Shown in pieces: positions 20,651 through 29,713 of a DNA stretch of 64,000 bases. The stretch spans positions 75,061 to 139,060 of the forward strand of contig JAZSRP010000043.1 in assembly GCA_045538555.1 (NCBI GenBank), given 5' to 3'. The notes under the pieces were generated by a model that was given only the letters and a program-made list of their open reading frames with translations, did not search any database and was not told the origin of the DNA. The position numbers and the translations under genes are program-made. Positions within the stretch are counted from its first letter, which is position 1. Every line of letters starts with the position of its first letter. The stretch comes from Eubacteriales bacterium. Lineage in GTDB: Bacteria; Bacillota; Clostridia; Oscillospirales; CAG-382.

Positions 20651-20679
20651 CAGGAAGGATCAGATTTATTTGAAAGCGA

Positions 20680-21102
20680 TCATTTGATTTCAATTTGCCT
20701 CGATTCCGGCTCTTGTTTTTTGAGCTTTGGCAGGGTGATCAATAGCAGACCGTTTTTGTATTCCGCTTCGATATTTTCTTTGTCGATCTCCGAAACGTCA
20801 AAGGAACGTGAATAGCTTCCGTATCTGCGCTCACGCTTTATTAGGTTGTCTTGACTGCTTTCATTATTGCAATCGGATTTTGCAGACACCAAAAGAATAT
20901 CACCGTTGATTTGGATAGAAATATCAGACTTTTCAAATCCGGGAAGCTCTGATTCAAGCAAATAAAAGTCACCTTTATCAAACACGTTTGTACAAATGTT
21001 TGTCATTGCACCTGAACCGAGCCCAAAAAAATGCCTGTCAATATCATCAAAAATATTTGAGAATGCAAGCGATGGAAATCTGTTGTAGGTTGTAATATAC
21101 AT
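20680..21102 (-). CDS. Hsp20/alpha-crystallin family small heat-shock protein
   Basis: 140 aa counting from the ATG at 21102 (GGAGG RBS 7 nt upstream). Alpha-crystallin domain: DISIQINGDILLVSAKS...RERRYGSYSRSFDV...AEYKNGLLLITLPK. Confidence 0.88.
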   Translation of the reverse strand: MYITTYNRFPSLAFSNIFDDIDRHFFGLGSGAMTNICTNVFDKGDFYLLESELPGFEKSDISIQINGDILLVSAKSDCNNESSQDNLIKRERRYGSYSRSFDVSEIDKENIEAEYKNGLLLITLPKLKKQEPESRQIEIK

Positions 21103-21254
21103 AAAAATACCTCCGTATATCAATTTTTTAAAAAGATTTTTTTCGTTATTTCTTACGGCTATTCATCGGACTCACCCTTTCCGTTTCACTGTACTTACGT
21201 TATACAACAGAATTATTAATAAAAAAAGCAAAACAATACTACAAATTGTAAATA

Positions 21255-21281
21255 TTAGCACACACACAACTACAGTGCTAA
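21255..21281. promoter_or_regulatory. CIRCE-like inverted repeat (putative HrcA operator) upstream of hsp20
   Basis: TTAGCACAC-N9-CAGTGCTAA compared with the consensus TTAGCACTC-N9-GAGTGCTAA: one mismatch per arm and the correct 9 nt spacer. It lies about 150 nt upstream of the hsp20 start. Confidence 0.6.
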
Positions 21282-21493
21282 TATACGCGCGTATTTATTA
21301 AATCTCATTACTTTTGTGATTAGAATTTATATCATTAACAGCATTGAATACAGCAATCCAAGACAATAATGTAGCATTCGAAAGACATGTGTGCTAACCG
21401 CATCTCTTTCTTTTCACCTTTTGTAGATGTTGACAATTTTTCATTTGAATGGTATTATTATACCATAATCAATTTATTGTAGGAGATATAATC

Positions 21494-22321
21494 ATGAGTT
21501 CTGCTGACAGATGTTTTGTTGATACATGCCAAACTATTCTTGACAAAGGAATTTGGGTCAGAGAAGGAGTCAGACCTCATTGGGATGACGGAGAGCCTGC
21601 CTCTACAAAAAAGACCTTTTGTATCGTAAACAGATACGATCTGTCAAAGGAATTTCCGCTCATCACCATACGCCCAATTTCACTCAAAAAAGCAGTTGAC
21701 GAGATTTTGTGGATATGGCAAAAAAAATCAAACAATATTCACGATCTTGACAGCCGCATATGGGATTCTTGGGCTGACGAGAGTGGTTCCATCGGCAAAG
21801 CATACGGATATCAGATGGGAGTCAAGCACAAATACCGTGAGGGTGAGTTTGATATGGTCGACAGAGTTTTGTTTGACCTGAAAAACAACCCTGCAAGCAG
21901 ACGTATAATGACAAATCTGTACACATTTGCAGATCTTCACGAGATGGCGCTGTATCCCTGTGCATACTCAATGACCTTTAACGTATGTGACGGCAAGCTC
22001 TGTGCGATCCTTAACCAGAGATCTCAAGATATGCTTGCAGCAAACGCTTGGAACGTTGCTCAGTATGCCGCATTGGTGATGATGTTTGCTCAAGTGTCAG
22101 GGCTTGAGCCGGGTGAATTTGTTCACGTAATTGCTGATGCACACATATACGACAGACACATTCCCATCGTGGAGGAGCTTATCACTCGCCAGCAATATGA
22201 TGCTCCAAAGGTCATTCTTGATCCAAGCATCAAAAATTTTTATGATTTTACTCCCGACAGTTTTACGGTAGTCGACTACAAGCACGGAGAAAAAATCGGA
22301 AAATTTCCTGTGGCGATTTGA
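21494..22321 (+). CDS. thyA: Thymidylate synthase (ThyA)
   Basis: 275 aa counting from the ATG at 21494 (AGGAGA RBS). VDEILWIWQKKSNNIHDL, active-site region ALYPCAYSMTFNV, NQRSQDM. Confidence 0.93.
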   Translation: MSSADRCFVDTCQTILDKGIWVREGVRPHWDDGEPASTKKTFCIVNRYDLSKEFPLITIRPISLKKAVDEILWIWQKKSNNIHDLDSRIWDSWADESGSIGKAYGYQMGVKHKYREGEFDMVDRVLFDLKNNPASRRIMTNLYTFADLHEMALYPCAYSMTFNVCDGKLCAILNQRSQDMLAANAWNVAQYAALVMMFAQVSGLEPGEFVHVIADAHIYDRHIPIVEELITRQQYDAPKVILDPSIKNFYDFTPDSFTVVDYKHGEKIGKFPVAI

Positions 22322-22336
22322 TTTTGGAGGTTTTCT

Positions 22337-22846
22337 ATGAAACTAATTGTTGCTGTTGATAATGAATGGGGAATAGGATACAAAGGCGATCTGCTGGTGC
22401 GTGTTCGTGCCGATCTCCTCAATTTTCAGCGCTTGACCAAAGAAAAGATAGTTGTCTACGGTTCAAACACTCTTGCCACCTTTCCAAACGGAAAAGTACT
22501 GAAAAACCGCACAAACATCGTTCTCAACTGGGATCCCGACTACGCGCCCGAGGGGGCGATTGTTGTTCACTCTTTGGACGAGCTTTTTGAAGAACTGAAA
22601 AAATATGATACCAACGATGTTTTTGTTATCGGCGGTGCAAGTGTTTACAAACAGCTACTGCCGTACTGCGACACCGCATACGTCACCAAGTTTTTTAAGA
22701 GTTATGAAAAAGACGTTTATTTTCCAAATCTTGACGAGGATAACGATTGGTATATCTTCAACATTGGCAACACTATGTCCTCTGATCCGGAAAAAGATGA
22801 TTGCGGCGAGCTTGACTTTGTAATAATGGAGTACAGACGCAAATAA
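22337..22846 (+). CDS. folA: Dihydrofolate reductase
   Basis: 169 aa. LIVAVDNEWGIGYKGDLL...VFVIGGASVYKQLL. It sits in the classical thyA-folA pairing. Confidence 0.9.
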   Translation: MKLIVAVDNEWGIGYKGDLLVRVRADLLNFQRLTKEKIVVYGSNTLATFPNGKVLKNRTNIVLNWDPDYAPEGAIVVHSLDELFEELKKYDTNDVFVIGGASVYKQLLPYCDTAYVTKFFKSYEKDVYFPNLDEDNDWYIFNIGNTMSSDPEKDDCGELDFVIMEYRRK

Positions 22847-22878
22847 CTCAAAATTAGTTTTTTTACTGGAGTACATAT

Positions 22879-23982
22879 ATGACATCAAAAGTATTCTTTA
22901 CTGATTTTCGTGTAAAAAACAAAAGCATTCTCATCAAGCTTGATGCATTCCTAAAAACCGCAGGACTTGACAGTGTTGATTTTGATGGTAAGTACGTTGC
23001 CGTAAAAATGCATTTTGGTGAACCCGGAAACCTTGCGTTTTTGCGCCCGAATTATGCCAAAACAGTCTGCGATTTTGTCAAACAAAGAGGCGGAAAACCC
23101 TTTCTCACAGATTGCAACACCCTGTATGTGGGCGGCAGAAAAAACGGACTTGACCATCTTGACAGCGCATACCAAAACGGTTTCAATCCTTTTCAGACCG
23201 GAGTCCACACTGTTATTGCAGACGGTATAAAGGGCACCGATGAGGTTTACGTTCCCGTTAAAGGCGGCGTTTACGTAAAAGAAGCAAAAATCGGACGCGC
23301 GGTTATGGATGCAGACTATATAATTTCACTCAATCATTTCAAGGGCCATGAAGCAGCAGGATTTGGCGGTGCTCTCAAAAACATCGGCATGGGCTGCGGA
23401 TCAAGAGCAGGAAAAATGGAGATGCATTCTGCAGGCAAGCCCTTTGTCAGATCCGAAAAATGTATCAACTGCAAGCTGTGCGCCACAGTTTGTGCACATT
23501 CTGCAATTTCATTTGAAAACAAGGCGTCCATTGATGAATCAAAGTGCGTAGGATGCGGACGTTGTGTTGGCATCTGTCCCAAGGATGCAGTCAGACCGCG
23601 CAATGATGAGAGCAACGAAATACTTGGTTGCAAGATTGCAGAATATTCAAAAGCTATTCTTGACAAGATTCCGTCATTTCATATATCATTTGTATGCGAC
23701 GTTTCTCCCAACTGCGACTGTCATTCCGAAAACGACGCACCCATTGTTCCGGATGTTGGAATTTTTGCCTCTTTTGACCCGGTTGCAATTGACGCTGCTT
23801 GTGCAGATGCTGTCAACAATCAGATTGCCGTTACAAACAGTCTTTTGGGCAAATGTGAGCACACAGGTGATCATTTTTCTGACCTTCATCCAACCACGGA
23901 CTGGAGAGCAGGTTTGCTCCATGCCGAAAAACTGGGGATCGGAATCAGAAACTATGAACTTGTGGAAATGAAGCAGCAATAA
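22879..23982 (+). CDS. DUF362 domain protein with two 4Fe-4S ferredoxin motifs
   Basis: 367 aa with CINCKLCATVCAH and CVGCGRCVGICP. Confidence 0.8.
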   Translation: MTSKVFFTDFRVKNKSILIKLDAFLKTAGLDSVDFDGKYVAVKMHFGEPGNLAFLRPNYAKTVCDFVKQRGGKPFLTDCNTLYVGGRKNGLDHLDSAYQNGFNPFQTGVHTVIADGIKGTDEVYVPVKGGVYVKEAKIGRAVMDADYIISLNHFKGHEAAGFGGALKNIGMGCGSRAGKMEMHSAGKPFVRSEKCINCKLCATVCAHSAISFENKASIDESKCVGCGRCVGICPKDAVRPRNDESNEILGCKIAEYSKAILDKIPSFHISFVCDVSPNCDCHSENDAPIVPDVGIFASFDPVAIDAACADAVNNQIAVTNSLLGKCEHTGDHFSDLHPTTDWRAGLLHAEKLGIGIRNYELVEMKQQ

Positions 23983-24002
23983 TACATTTTCTTCAAATAG
24001 AA

Positions 24003-24035
24003 AGACACCTTCAAAAACAGAGGGTGTCTTTTTGA
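24003..24035 (+). terminator. Rho-independent terminator after the DUF362 gene
   Basis: AGACACC...GGTGTCT hairpin followed by TTTTTGATTTT. Confidence 0.7.
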
Positions 24036-24180
24036 TTTTGTTTCATTATAATCCATTTAAATTCATATATATTACAAATAATGATATAAATAATTATGTA
24101 AATTTGTAGCATAATATATCTTAAAATTCTTGTAAAAAGTTGTTTACAATGTTATAATATCAGTATAAGGGGTAATTATA

Positions 24181-25014
24181 ATGAAAAAATTTTTTATATT
24201 TATCTTGCTGTTACACATTGTTGCAGCAGGGGCATTTGTCGCTTATGCCGATGATAAGCTTGACACTATCACTGTTACCGTAAGCGGAATGAATGATGAT
24301 CTGTATTATCTTGATATTCTTGTCAAGGAAGAGCTCATATCCGACACATCCGAGTTTGATAAAAGCAACTATGACCAACAACTCATCGACAATCTATTCA
24401 AGCACAGCCGGTTTGGATGGATGCCCGCTACTGTTTGCGGCACAAAAATCAACATAAACGGAAGCATCACACCCAAAGCATCCGATGACGGCGACGTTTT
24501 TGTTTTTAGCGCAAAAGAGTTGCCGGATACCGTCAGAATAATTGTAACAAGTCAAAACGGTGATACAAAAACGTCTGATGTTGTACGCATCAAAGGAACT
24601 GATGTGAAAATCAGCTTTGATTATGTCACTTCAAGCGTTTCTGTTGACACCGGGAGCAGCAAGCTGTACGTTCTCATTGCTCTCATGTTTGTCCTTGCAT
24701 CGGTTATTACCTTTTGTATATTCAGTATTCAACGAGTGTCACCAAAAAACAATTTTAAATTGATTACCGCAATCAATCTGATCTGGACATTGTTTTATGT
24801 CACGATCATTCATATGTTTGGCATAGATACACTTGATCTCCACGCCATTCTCATACATCTGCTCTGTGGTATTACAATGATCGTTTCGGCAGTTGTGGCT
24901 TTTTCTTTCCTTGCAGTGGGCAGATCACCAAAAAAGCTTGTATTTGCCTCTTCCTATGCGTTTATTGCTTCTTTTGTCGGTTGTTTTGCATTGATGGTGC
25001 TTTTTGGTTTCTAA
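24181..25014 (+). CDS. Hypothetical membrane protein (signal peptide, ectodomain, about 4 C-terminal TM helices)
   Basis: 277 aa with an RBS (AAGGGG) and the signal-like N-terminus MKKFFIFILLLHIVAAGAFVAYA. I recognised no family. Confidence 0.6.
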   Translation: MKKFFIFILLLHIVAAGAFVAYADDKLDTITVTVSGMNDDLYYLDILVKEELISDTSEFDKSNYDQQLIDNLFKHSRFGWMPATVCGTKININGSITPKASDDGDVFVFSAKELPDTVRIIVTSQNGDTKTSDVVRIKGTDVKISFDYVTSSVSVDTGSSKLYVLIALMFVLASVITFCIFSIQRVSPKNNFKLITAINLIWTLFYVTIIHMFGIDTLDLHAILIHLLCGITMIVSAVVAFSFLAVGRSPKKLVFASSYAFIASFVGCFALMVLFGF

Positions 25015-25099
25015 TACCTTGAAACGGTTATAACACACAACAAACAAAATGCAACAAATCCACCAAGCATTAAACCAAACAAAAATCCAATCATAACAA

Positions 25100-25140
25100 A
25101 ACCTCCTCTTTTGATAGGATTGTCAAAAGAAGAGGTTTTT
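25100..25140. terminator. Long hairpin between convergent genes (membrane protein and alpha/beta hydrolase)
   Basis: AACCTCCTCTTTTGA-N8-TCAAAAGAAGAGGTT, 15 bp with one mismatch, with T-rich tracts following on both strands. Confidence 0.5.
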
Positions 25141-25158
25141 ATTTATACGTTTATTTTA

Positions 25159-26013
25159 TTAGTCTACAAATTTGAAATTACCATCATACAATGTTTGTTC
25201 CAGCCATTTTATTGACCAATCGACCCAACGGGCCACGTATGGAATGATGTACGAATTTTTTGACCAATCGGGTGAGGTCTCTGCATTTGCTCTGGAAAGC
25301 CCGTGATCACCCATTGGGAAAATGTGAAGCTCGCAGGGAACATTGTTTTCTGTCAGCGATTTTGCAAGTACAAGAGAATTGATGACAGGAACACAAGAAT
25401 CTTTTGCAGTGTGCCAGATGAAGCAAGGGCAGGTACGTTCATCAACACAAAGCTCAACACACGCTTTTTTTGAAAGTTCTTCATCCCTGTCCGCACCCAA
25501 AAAGTTGTCAAAAGACTGGGAGTGAGTCATCACCATTGTGGATATTACAGGATAAGAGAGAATTGCTGCATTTGGGCGAAAAAGTTCGTTTTCCATTCCA
25601 AGCTTTTCCGACAGTCCCTTTTGATGCCACTGAGTAGCCAGCATTCCTGCCAAATGTCCTCCGGCAGAAAAACCAATAACGGCAATACGATTTGTGTCAA
25701 CACAGTATTTTTCAGCATTTAAACGAATATGCGCCATTGCAGCAGCGGCGTCAAGCAGGGGTTTTCCGATTTTTGCCTGTTCTCCTGTTATGTACCTGAG
25801 CACAAAGCAATTATACCCTTGAGCAAAATATGCGGATGCGATAGGTTCGGCCTCTCTGTCAGAGCAAAAACCGTATCCTCCGCCGGGGAGCACAAGCATT
25901 GCGGGTCTGGGAGCGGCAGTCAGCTCAGGTGAAGCCGAATGAACAAACAGCTCCAACGTAACCTTTTCTGATCCGTCATACATTGATTTTTCATAGAGCT
26001 TGATTCTTTCCAT
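25159..26013 (-). CDS. Alpha/beta hydrolase (esterase/lipase family)
   Basis: 284 aa. Oxyanion region LPGGGYGF and nucleophile elbow GFSAGGHLA. Confidence 0.8.
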   Translation of the reverse strand: MERIKLYEKSMYDGSEKVTLELFVHSASPELTAAPRPAMLVLPGGGYGFCSDREAEPIASAYFAQGYNCFVLRYITGEQAKIGKPLLDAAAAMAHIRLNAEKYCVDTNRIAVIGFSAGGHLAGMLATQWHQKGLSEKLGMENELFRPNAAILSYPVISTMVMTHSQSFDNFLGADRDEELSKKACVELCVDERTCPCFIWHTAKDSCVPVINSLVLAKSLTENNVPCELHIFPMGDHGLSRANAETSPDWSKNSYIIPYVARWVDWSIKWLEQTLYDGNFKFVD

Positions 26014-27616
26014 ATTTTTTCCTCCCGATATACTTTTGTATTATTATAAACAATATCATCAAAGCCAAAACAACAAGTACAGAATCGCCGATAAAAGTAT
26101 ATAGTGTGTTTGATTGGTTTGGGCAAATATTCCCATACACAATATCGGTAACAAGCGGCTCAGAATAGCTGATAATATTTCCGCGTTTATCAAGCACAGC
26201 AGAAATACCCGTATTTGCAGCGCGCAATATCGGCTTTCCTGTTTCGACAGCTCTGATTTGACTATGCCTCAGGTGAGTATATATGCCCTGACTGTCGTTG
26301 AACCAGCTATCGTTGGTGACAACCATGTGCATCTTTGCGCCGTTTTTTGCATTATCACGTGCAAAAAAAGGAAAGATGGAATCAAAGCATACCATAGAGC
26401 CCGCATTTCCAAAGGGTGTATCAATCATAACAGCCCGTTTTCCCTGTGTCAACTGAGTGCCGCTCTGGTCAAAATCTGCGACAAAAGGAAAGAGCTTTCC
26501 CAAAGTGTCTGCAAAAGGAACAAATTCGCCAAAGGGCACGAGGTGCCGCTTTGAATACAGATCCGACAAACTTCCATCCGGATATATTGCAATCACTCCG
26601 TTGTGGGATTGTCCTTCATCGTCCCGTGCGGTAACACCGGCAATCACCGTAGCATTGTATTTTTCGGCAATACTTGCCAGAGCCGTGTGTACAGAACTGC
26701 CTTTGTAGAATCGGGATGGAATAGCACTTTCGGGAAGCAAAACAATCTCCGCTCCATTTGCTGCCGCCTCATCCGTGAGAGAAATATATGTATCAAATAT
26801 CATAGGATAAGCCGCAGGATCCCATTTTTCGTTGGACAAAACATTTCCTTGTATCATAGCGACTTTTACGGTACGCTCATCATATTGAGGCAATAAGTAC
26901 AAAACTGTGCCTATCAGTGTGTGGATCAAAAAAATCGATACGGAAAAAACACAAAACAGTTTTTTTCTTTCCGACAAACCCAAAACCAACAAATAGCAAA
27001 ATATTGATACAGAAAATGTGATAAAATACTGTCCCAGCAGCGAAGCCACTTGCACAAATGGTATAAACCCAGTCAAAGCCACTGCGGTTGTTCCCCATGG
27101 AAACGCAAGGGTTCCCAGAGTCAACAGCCACTCACCGATGGCAAACAAAGAAGGGAAAACAATCGCCTCATACCAACCCTTCGGACAGAGCTTTGATACA
27201 AGCATCAATGCTCCAAGCACGCAAGAATGAAGAAGAGGTATTAAAAAACAGGCGCAAAATACTACAAAAACTCCCTGATCGGGTGAAAATCCAAATCTGT
27301 CAAATGGATACAGCTCCGATAAAAAAAGATATAGTAATGTGAAATAGCCCATATAATAACACAAAAACGGCACAAAAATGCCGTCATTGTTGTTTTTTCG
27401 GTTGTGAATAACAAAAAACAATACAAAATATCCAACAAAGGTACATACAAAAAGCTTTTCAAAATAATAGGGAAGAGAAGAAACAACACCTGCAAAAAGG
27501 CAGAGCAAAAAGGGGCGGATGCGCCCCTGGCAGATTGTTTTGAGGTTATTCAATGCATGCGACCATTGCTTTGACAGCATCGGTCGCTGTTTTGAATGCA
27601 TCAAAAGGTGTTTCAA
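25991..27616 (-). CDS. lnt: Apolipoprotein N-acyltransferase homolog (polytopic N-terminus plus CN-hydrolase domain)
   Basis: 541 aa with about 7 TM helices, then VKVAMIQGNV...LLPESAIP...HLVPFGEFVPF...MVCFDSIF (CN hydrolase E-K-C triad context). The start is uncertain (candidates at 27616, 27601 and 27580), and every candidate overlaps the upstream gene. Confidence 0.75.
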   Translation of the reverse strand: MKHLLMHSKQRPMLSKQWSHALNNLKTICQGRIRPFLLCLFAGVVSSLPYYFEKLFVCTFVGYFVLFFVIHNRKNNNDGIFVPFLCYYMGYFTLLYLFLSELYPFDRFGFSPDQGVFVVFCACFLIPLLHSCVLGALMLVSKLCPKGWYEAIVFPSLFAIGEWLLTLGTLAFPWGTTAVALTGFIPFVQVASLLGQYFITFSVSIFCYLLVLGLSERKKLFCVFSVSIFLIHTLIGTVLYLLPQYDERTVKVAMIQGNVLSNEKWDPAAYPMIFDTYISLTDEAAANGAEIVLLPESAIPSRFYKGSSVHTALASIAEKYNATVIAGVTARDDEGQSHNGVIAIYPDGSLSDLYSKRHLVPFGEFVPFADTLGKLFPFVADFDQSGTQLTQGKRAVMIDTPFGNAGSMVCFDSIFPFFARDNAKNGAKMHMVVTNDSWFNDSQGIYTHLRHSQIRAVETGKPILRAANTGISAVLDKRGNIISYSEPLVTDIVYGNICPNQSNTLYTFIGDSVLVVLALMILFIIIQKYIGRKKYGKNQAL

Positions 27617-28412
27617 AACTGTATACGTGCTTTATATCATCAAGTTTTGAAAGAGTGGAAAGCCCCGTAAACACCATCAAATGAGGTTCCATAGTGATGA
27701 CGATATCTTCATCCGGCCTGTCCTTTGCAACGGCAGAGAGAGTTTCAAAAAGACAAGCAACGCCTTTTCCGGGGGGAACGATATTACCATCCTTGTCAGC
27801 ATCTTTGATATGAAAATATTTTATGTAGTCCTTGAGCTTTGGATATGCCTGTGAAGCATCAGCCCTGCAAAAAGCAAAATTCCCGGGATCGAGAACCGCC
27901 TTGAGCCGTCCTCCAAAGTGATCCAGCATCTCAAGCTCACGGTCTGCGTCACAGCCATAGATGTCTTTTTCGTTCTCGTGACACAGCACAAAACCCCGAG
28001 CTTCTGCCATTGTCAGAAGCTCGTCGATCATGGAAAAAGCACGGACTCTAAACTCATTGTTTTCCATACCTTTTGCGGGATAAAAGCTGAACACGCGGAG
28101 TGTTTTGCATCCAAGCATGTCACCGATGTCCATAATACGGGAAAGCAACCGTTTGTGGGCGTCAAAATCACCGTCTACGTCAATTTTCCCAATAGGGGTA
28201 CCGAGAGCAGAAAGTCCAATTCCTTCAGCATCCAGCTTTGATTTTACGGTCAATATCTCTGCATCTGTCAGCTCCACAAAGCTCTTTCCGTTGACAATAC
28301 GCAGCTCTATCAAGCCGATACCGAGCTTTTTTAGAGATGCAAGCTGAATATCAAAATCAGAGTCAATTTCATCAGCAAAAGCTGAAAAAACAAATCTTGG
28401 CACCAAAATCAC
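27546..28412 (-). CDS. Sugar phosphate isomerase/epimerase (xylose isomerase-like TIM barrel)
   Basis: 288 aa. The GTG start forms a GTGA overlap with the MORN gene stop. The pattern of an AP-endonuclease-2/TIM barrel is present (LIELR..., CHENE, HIKD). Confidence 0.7.
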   Translation of the reverse strand: MILVPRFVFSAFADEIDSDFDIQLASLKKLGIGLIELRIVNGKSFVELTDAEILTVKSKLDAEGIGLSALGTPIGKIDVDGDFDAHKRLLSRIMDIGDMLGCKTLRVFSFYPAKGMENNEFRVRAFSMIDELLTMAEARGFVLCHENEKDIYGCDADRELEMLDHFGGRLKAVLDPGNFAFCRADASQAYPKLKDYIKYFHIKDADKDGNIVPPGKGVACLFETLSAVAKDRPDEDIVITMEPHLMVFTGLSTLSKLDDIKHVYSFETPFDAFKTATDAVKAMVACIE

Positions 28413-29269
28413 TCCATTTCGTTTTCAATGCTTACGCCAACTGCCTGTCCGTTCAAAAAATAACCTGTGTAAACCCTGCCGGTGGTAAAAGTATATCTCG
28501 CTTGCTCACCGTGAACGTACTCACCGCTGTCATTGAGAATAAAGTTGCCGTTGGAATCAACAGTGCGCGTATCCATAAGATTTTTGCGGAAGGTACCGAG
28601 ATAGCTCTCGCCGTTTTCCCATGTGTACAGCCCATCTCCGTCACGCATATCGTTTTTAAAATATCCTTCATACCTTGAGCCGGAAGCAAACACCATCACG
28701 CCAAAACCGTTCTTCACATCATCGGAAAAAGCGCCTTCATAATTTGTACCCGATGCCCAGGTGTATTTGCCTTGACCGCTTTTAACGTCGTTTTCAAAAT
28801 TACCCTCGTACTTGTTCCCGTTGGCATATTCAAAAACACCGTAGCCGTGCTTTTTTGAGTTCAAAAGAGAGCCCACGTACACGTCGCCGTTAGAATAGGT
28901 AAAGGTTCCGCTTCCGGTGATCTCATCGTTTGAAAAGCTTCCGGTATAAACATCTCCGGTAGCGGCATAGGTCATCTTTCCCGTTCCGTTTCTGCAACCG
29001 CCGAGTATCTCTCCCTCGTAGATATCGCCGTTTGAAAAAACAATCTTATTGTTTGTCAGATCAAGCTCTGCGGTAATACCTGTGGGGTATTTGATAGTTC
29101 CCACGGCAGGCTGGCCATTGATGGATTCTCCAATAAATTTTGCTCCGTTGGTGAGAGTGGTATATCTATATCCTATCACCATTAAAACCACAACTGTAAG
29201 AACAACCATCACAGCGGCAGCACCCAGAATGATAAACAGAGGATTGATCTTTGTGCGTCTTGTTTTCAT
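28409..29269 (-). CDS. Membrane-anchored MORN-repeat protein
   Basis: 286 aa. An N-terminal TM helix is followed by at least 8 consecutive YxGxxxxxxxxGxG repeats, for example YEGEILGGCRNGTGKMTY, YVGSLLNSKKHGYGVFEY and YEGNFENDVKSGQGKYTW. Confidence 0.85.
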   Translation of the reverse strand: MKTRRTKINPLFIILGAAAVMVVLTVVVLMVIGYRYTTLTNGAKFIGESINGQPAVGTIKYPTGITAELDLTNNKIVFSNGDIYEGEILGGCRNGTGKMTYAATGDVYTGSFSNDEITGSGTFTYSNGDVYVGSLLNSKKHGYGVFEYANGNKYEGNFENDVKSGQGKYTWASGTNYEGAFSDDVKNGFGVMVFASGSRYEGYFKNDMRDGDGLYTWENGESYLGTFRKNLMDTRTVDSNGNFILNDSGEYVHGEQARYTFTTGRVYTGYFLNGQAVGVSIENEME

Positions 29270-29281
29270 AAATAGTTCTCC

Positions 29282-29704
29282 TTAGCGAAAGAGTGTATCA
29301 AATCTCTGCTGCGCAAAACCCAACACCTCAGGAAAAACGTAGGTTGCCGCAAGCGCTGCTGCAAAAAACAGAACAAGCATTATCAACACAAAGAAAATTG
29401 TTATACCTTCATCTCTGTATTTTGCTTTTGCTTTTGCCACCTTTTCCGGTGCGATATAATATCTGTTATCCTCGGTACGGATAACCGTTGCAGAAAAATC
29501 CGTACCGGGTCTCAGAGAATACCTGAGAGCAGGGGAGAGCTTGAAATTGATTTCTTCCAGAGAAATTGCAGATTCCGGAGACGTTGCATCAATATTGAGA
29601 AGCGCTCTTACGAGCCCGCCCAAAAAACGTTTGCTGTAATACACAGAAACGGTAGCAACGCCAAATCCGATTATAAGAAGAATCAAAAATGTTTTCAGAG
29701 TCAT
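29282..29704 (-). CDS. Hypothetical two-TM membrane protein
   Basis: 140 aa with an RBS (AAGGA). It is packed tightly between serS and the MORN gene. Confidence 0.55.
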   Translation of the reverse strand: MTLKTFLILLIIGFGVATVSVYYSKRFLGGLVRALLNIDATSPESAISLEEINFKLSPALRYSLRPGTDFSATVIRTEDNRYYIAPEKVAKAKAKYRDEGITIFFVLIMLVLFFAAALAATYVFPEVLGFAQQRFDTLFR

Positions 29705-29713
29705 AAATAATCC

